Assembly (NCBI GenBank): GCA_950097015.1
Contig: CATNEN010000002.1
Span: 9,300,001-9,364,000, forward strand
Direction of reading: 5' to 3'
DNA length: 64,000 nt
Source: Macrostomum hystrix
Lineage: Eukaryota > Animalia > Platyhelminthes
Shown here piece after piece: positions 59,491-64,000 of this stretch. The notes under the pieces were generated by a model. That model was not told the origin of the DNA, did not search any database, and worked only from the letters and a program-made list of their open reading frames with translations. Each line of letters opens with the position of its first letter. Within the stretch, counting starts at the first letter, position 1. A program made the position numbers and the translations under genes.

Positions 59491-61864
59491 CTCATCTGCA
59501 TTTAATTGGCCGAGGGGTCAGATCCGACCGACAATTCGGGATTGCCCAGCTCAGACATTCGGCGTGCCGACTTAATCAAACGCAGCGCCCAGAGCCCGGT
59601 CGATTGCAACTAGGAAGGGGAGAAGTGAGAATCGGCCAGGCCAGGGGTTGAGCGGTGCACAAAGCAGCCGGACCTCTGACCCTTAACTGGCCAGGCGGCA
59701 ATGTCGAATCACATGCAGCAGAGGCCACGGGCAGGCCCAAGGAAGGCGGGGCCGGCGCTCATGTGGCAGCTGCTGTCAGAGGTTTCGCCTCTGAGAGTGC
59801 TTGCATCAGCTGGGCCCTGTTGTTCTGCGGCAACGACTGCAGCTGTTTGTCACTGATGGAACGCTTTGAAGAGATCGCAGCTAGTAACAATCTCGATGCT
59901 CGCGACTTTGTTATTGTGAAGAATTCACTGTCGTACTCTCGAGTGCTGGCGAGATAAAGGCTAAGAAAAGCGCCGCGTTATGCTTTGCCGATAGAACAAG
60001 AAGAAAAAATATGGGCCTATAGGGATTAACTAGGGTAAGGAGGAGAAACGCGAACGGCTGGGGCGGTGCGGCGCTGAGGGCGACAGAACAGCCGCAGTGA
60101 GGGCGTAGCAGCTACGGCTTTTTTCAATGGTCCAATGGGGCTGGGCGAGGAATTCGTGCAGACGGCGGTGTTGGAACCGACTATGGGACGGATACGGACG
60201 GCTGTGACCGTGGAAGTGGCAGGAGGCAGGAAATTGGTCAGTTCGGGCATTTGGGCGCAAGCTGTGTTATGAATGTCCGCATTTTCCCACATTTGTCTAT
60301 TCAACGGGCACAAGCCTCCGACCTCCGCTTGGTCATTCTGTTCTCTTGTCGGCCTTTCTAAATGAGAACGGACTGGAAACAAATTGCGAATCGCATGGCA
60401 AAAAAATTCTATTGAAATCCTTCCCAATTGTACTTTACAAGCACCGTCCTCTCGTATGGCAACCAAAGCTTGGCGCGGCAACGGCAAGCAGGCAGGCATT
60501 GAATAGAGAAAACGAGCGCTTAAAATGAAAGTGAAGATCACAAAGCCGACAGGGCGGGACGGAGGGAAGCGGATGCTGCGCGCTAGGCAAGGCAGCCTAT
60601 TAAGCGAGCAGATGGAAGGGAGGCGAACCGTAGCGCCAAGAAATCAGCCCAACCCCTAATCCTCATTCAGGTTCGCATGAACAGAAGCGCATGAGAGGTG
60701 TTGGTAGCCCCAATGCAATTCTAGGCCTTAATACAGCTGAGGCCGAAATGATTCCTATAGCCAACTCATCAGAGAAATAAAACTGATTCAGAGGCCAACC
60801 AGCGGTCGAATTAGGCGCGGATTTTCAGGCGGTGCAAATGACGGCTGCCCCTGACCATGCTGTCGAAAATCATCAAAATGGGAGAGTTAAAAATGAGGCA
60901 GGCCGGTTCCCATCTGATTGCTGGATTAGGTGTTTGGCCGGCTAGCTGTGGCAGACAGCAGAACCCAATCTGAGCGTGTAACTCAATACCCGCTGGGTCT
61001 GGCAGCTCGAGAAGCCGAGCAGACAGCCACCCACCCCAGCTTGGCCCTACGGCTCTGTTGGGCTGGGCGCTTAATGAATTTAGAACCAGTATTAGGACAA
61101 GCAATTGACGCGACAATATGCACAACTAGCCCATGGCCAAGGCTCATGAAGTGTGTGGCGAAGCTCGGTGTTACAGCAGACGAAATTGCATAGTAGACTC
61201 TACATATGGAGCTAGGAATTGGCTTCCTAACTTACTCATAAAATAAATATTCATAGTTTATACTAATTTAAGACTGAAGACAAATAAAATACTGGTTCAT
61301 GAAGTATAAACCATAGTTTAACCCAAATCTAGCATACAAATCATAAAAAAGGTTCACATTATGGAATCTGTAATCATAATAGAAAAGTTAAATTAAAAAT
61401 AAGTCCAAAATAAATTCACGAATAGAAGCATCACAGATGTTCAAAAGTAGAGTCAGAGACACGAAAAAACTTGCTCGAACTAAACATACTACTAACAGTA
61501 GTGACTGAATTATTAGCAAAAAATAGCTACAAGTGTATACATTTTCTAAACAGCTAATAGTAAAACAATAACCTTGTTGTTTAACATTTTTATAAAAAAC
61601 GGACTACATAATATTCTACTAAGTAGTAGAATACGACATATATTGTAGCTAAAATAGTCTGTTGATTATCCTAAATATCCTAAATAAATATCCTAAATAA
61701 ATTCTAAACATCTCACACAATAATTCCATACAAACTTCCGTCCCAACTTACTATTCCATGTCACTTGAGGGTGCTAGGCAATGATACATTGCAGGAATAA
61801 ATATGAATGATTGCACAATATTTGGAAAAAGATTGCCTACAATTCAAATTCATAGTTCCATAAG

Positions 61865-64000
61865 TTTTGTGGGCTCAAGTGCAGAGATCTTAATACCACT
61901 TGCACAATGTGGACTACCAGACTCCCAGCCTAATATTTAGCAAAGAAGATTGAAACTGATTTGTCAGACCTAGCCCAGCCTAGTCCCTAGCCCGCTACAA
62001 GCTAAAATGAAGAAATAATTGACTCTTTGCAGTTCTGTGGGAGGATATAATAATAAAAATTGACACTAGACCCAAGGCCAGTGCAGGTGTTGTGTCAAGC
62101 ACACTAGCAGTGGAGACTGCACACCTATTGTACTCCCCGGGCTCTCTCGACACTGGTTGACAGTCGCGTGTCAGCAATGGCATTTATTTTTCCAAACATA
62201 TCGGCAGCATCCAAAGCCCACAGAATTTCCGCACAGAACTGCTTTATTATTCCACGCCAGCCGGAATTATTATTACCAAAGATGTTGGGTACTCATTTGC
62301 AGCTGAGTAGACTGTGTGCACATCAGCGCAAAGCAGCTTGCCAAAGGCTGCACGAATAGTTCTAGACTAGGTCGGGAGTCGAACCCGGACCATCTGATCA
62401 GAGTCCGACACCTTACTGACTGAGCTTCCGCCCTTTTTGGGCAGATATGGGAGGACATGGGAAGTTTATGGTTATGATACATCATACAGATATAGATATG
62501 GAACAGACTATAGCCAGTCTGGAACTTTGTAGATAGTGATAGAATATCTACAGGAAACATACATTGCAGCACCTGGCCGACCTGGCCAAACGGCCGGGTG
62601 AAACAGGGCCAAGCAAGGATGTTGCAAAAACCAATTGACCAAGCGCAAAAAAAATCAAAGGTGGGACCAAGGACAAAAGGAAGGTGTTGAAAAAAGGAAA
62701 AAGGAGAGAGAAAAAGAGAGCAAATAAGAGCAAACTAAGTTGTAATTAATCAATGAATGACCTAAGTCACAAATTGAGAGCAAACTAAGTTTGTAAATAG
62801 AGCAAAAAACTAAGTCGTACGGCCGGCCTAAGATTTTGGGAGGTTTTGCGCATGTATGACAGAAAACTTGGCTTAGCAGAACTCTAACATTCTAGGCCAA
62901 TATACTTTGCCACATCCCATACCTAGGGATTAAGCTATCATACATGGGATGTGGCAAAGTATATTGGCCTAGATGTTAGAGTTCTGCTATAGCCAAGTTT
63001 TTCCTGTCATACATGCGCACCTCCCAAATCTTAGCCGGACGTACGACTTAGTTTTTGCTCTATTTACAACTTAGTTTGCTCTCATTTGTGACTTAGTTCA
63101 TTTCATTGATTAATTTACAACTTAGTTTGCTCTTATTTGCTCTCTTTTTCTCTCTCCTTTTTCCTTTTCTTCACACCTTCCTTTTTTGTCCTTGTCCCAC
63201 TTTGATTTTTTTGCGCTTGGTCAATTGGTTTTTGCAACATTCCTTGCTTGGCCCTTGTTTTCACCCGCCGGTTTGGCAGTCGGCCAGGTGCTGCACATGT
63301 ATGTTTTCCTGTAGATATTCATATCACTATCTACAAAGTTTCCTAGACTGGCTATAGTCTGTCCATATCTATATCTGTATGATGTATCTATAACCATTAA
63401 ACTTCCCATGTCCTCCCATATCTGCCCAAAAAGGGCGGATAGCTCAGTCAGTAAGGTGTCGGACTCTGGATCAGATGGTCCTGGGTTCGACTCCCGACCT
63501 AGTCTAGAACTATTCGTGCAGCCTTTGGCAAGCTGCTTTGCGCTGATGTGCACACAGTCTACTCAGCTGCAAATGAGTACCCACATTTCTTTGGGTAATA
63601 TAATTCCGGCTGCGTGGAAAGCATTTCTGTGCGGAAATTCTGTGGGCTTTGGATGCTGCCGATATGTTTGGAAAATAAATGCCATTGCTGACACGCGACT
63701 GTCAACCAGTGTCCGAGAGAGCCGGGGAGTACAATAGGTGTGCAGTCTCCACCTGCTAGTGTGCTTGACACAACACCTGCACTGGCCCTTGGGTCTAGTG
63801 TCAATTATTATTATTATATCCTCCCACAGAACTGCAAAGAGTCATGTTTATTTCTCATTTTAGTCTTGTAGCTGGGCTAGGGACTAGGCTGGGCTAGTGT
63901 CTTGACAAATCAGTTTCAATCTTCTTTGCTAATATTAGCTGGAGTCTGGTAGTCCACATTGTGCAAGTGGTATTAAATCTCTGCACTTGAGCCCACAAAA
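61865..64000. repeat. Long inverted repeat (fold-back): arms ~61865-62920 and 62944->64000, 23-nt spacer
   Basis: The right arm is the reverse complement of the left arm over >1 kb up to the window end. Differences are mostly small indels. Confidence 0.95.
63432..63590 (+). mobile_element. tRNA-derived SINE (family Z); mirror copy at ~62290-62440 (-)
   Basis: TAGCTCAGTCAGTAAGG (A box), GGTTCGACTCCC (B box), followed by a CORE-like gcagcctttggcaagctgc...cagtctactcagctgcaaatgagtacc. The acceptor stem does not pair. Confidence 0.7.

Noticed and set aside
59600-61200. Scattered 60-170-aa ORFs
   Set aside because: No recognisable family and inconsistent frames.
62921-62943. Sequencing adapter in the palindrome loop
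   Set aside because: Does not resemble the SMRTbell adapter sequence.
63432-63505. tRNA gene candidates (also ~2690-2745, 9861-9930, 20514-20590)
   Set aside because: A/B boxes are present but the acceptor stems do not pair, and each continues into a shared SINE body.

Overview
Eukaryotic (animal) genomic DNA, not prokaryotic. It has GT-AG spliced genes, GC-rich exons and introns filled with minisatellites, a style that suggests a flatworm such as Macrostomum (inference only). From left to right: a head-to-head pair of GABA-B-like class C GPCR paralogues; an apparently intact 4.2-kb hAT transposon (TIRs, 8-bp TSD, 1131-aa transposase ORF) inside an intron of the second GPCR; a Gypsy-like solo LTR nested in a tRNA-SINE; a secreted PAN/LamG-like gene; an F-box/LRR gene; a damaged ionotropic glutamate receptor gene; a fibrinogen-domain gene; a C1GALT1-like gene; a diaphanous-type formin; a decayed non-LTR retroelement; an apparently intronless PLEKHH/MAX-1-like PH-PH-MyTH4-FERM gene; and a >1-kb fold-back at the window end. 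The most unusual object is a 2.7-kb hAT-TIR/TSD-bounded element in the second F-box/LRR intron that has no transposase and instead carries a spliced coiled-coil + BEN-domain-like gene. Also notable, four different minisatellites in four formin introns share one 9-mer on the same strand. Genes right of ~33 kb carry many small frameshifts, which may be consensus errors rather than biology. No CRISPR arrays, rRNA or bona fide tRNA genes were found. All domain calls come from motif recognition by eye, with no database search.
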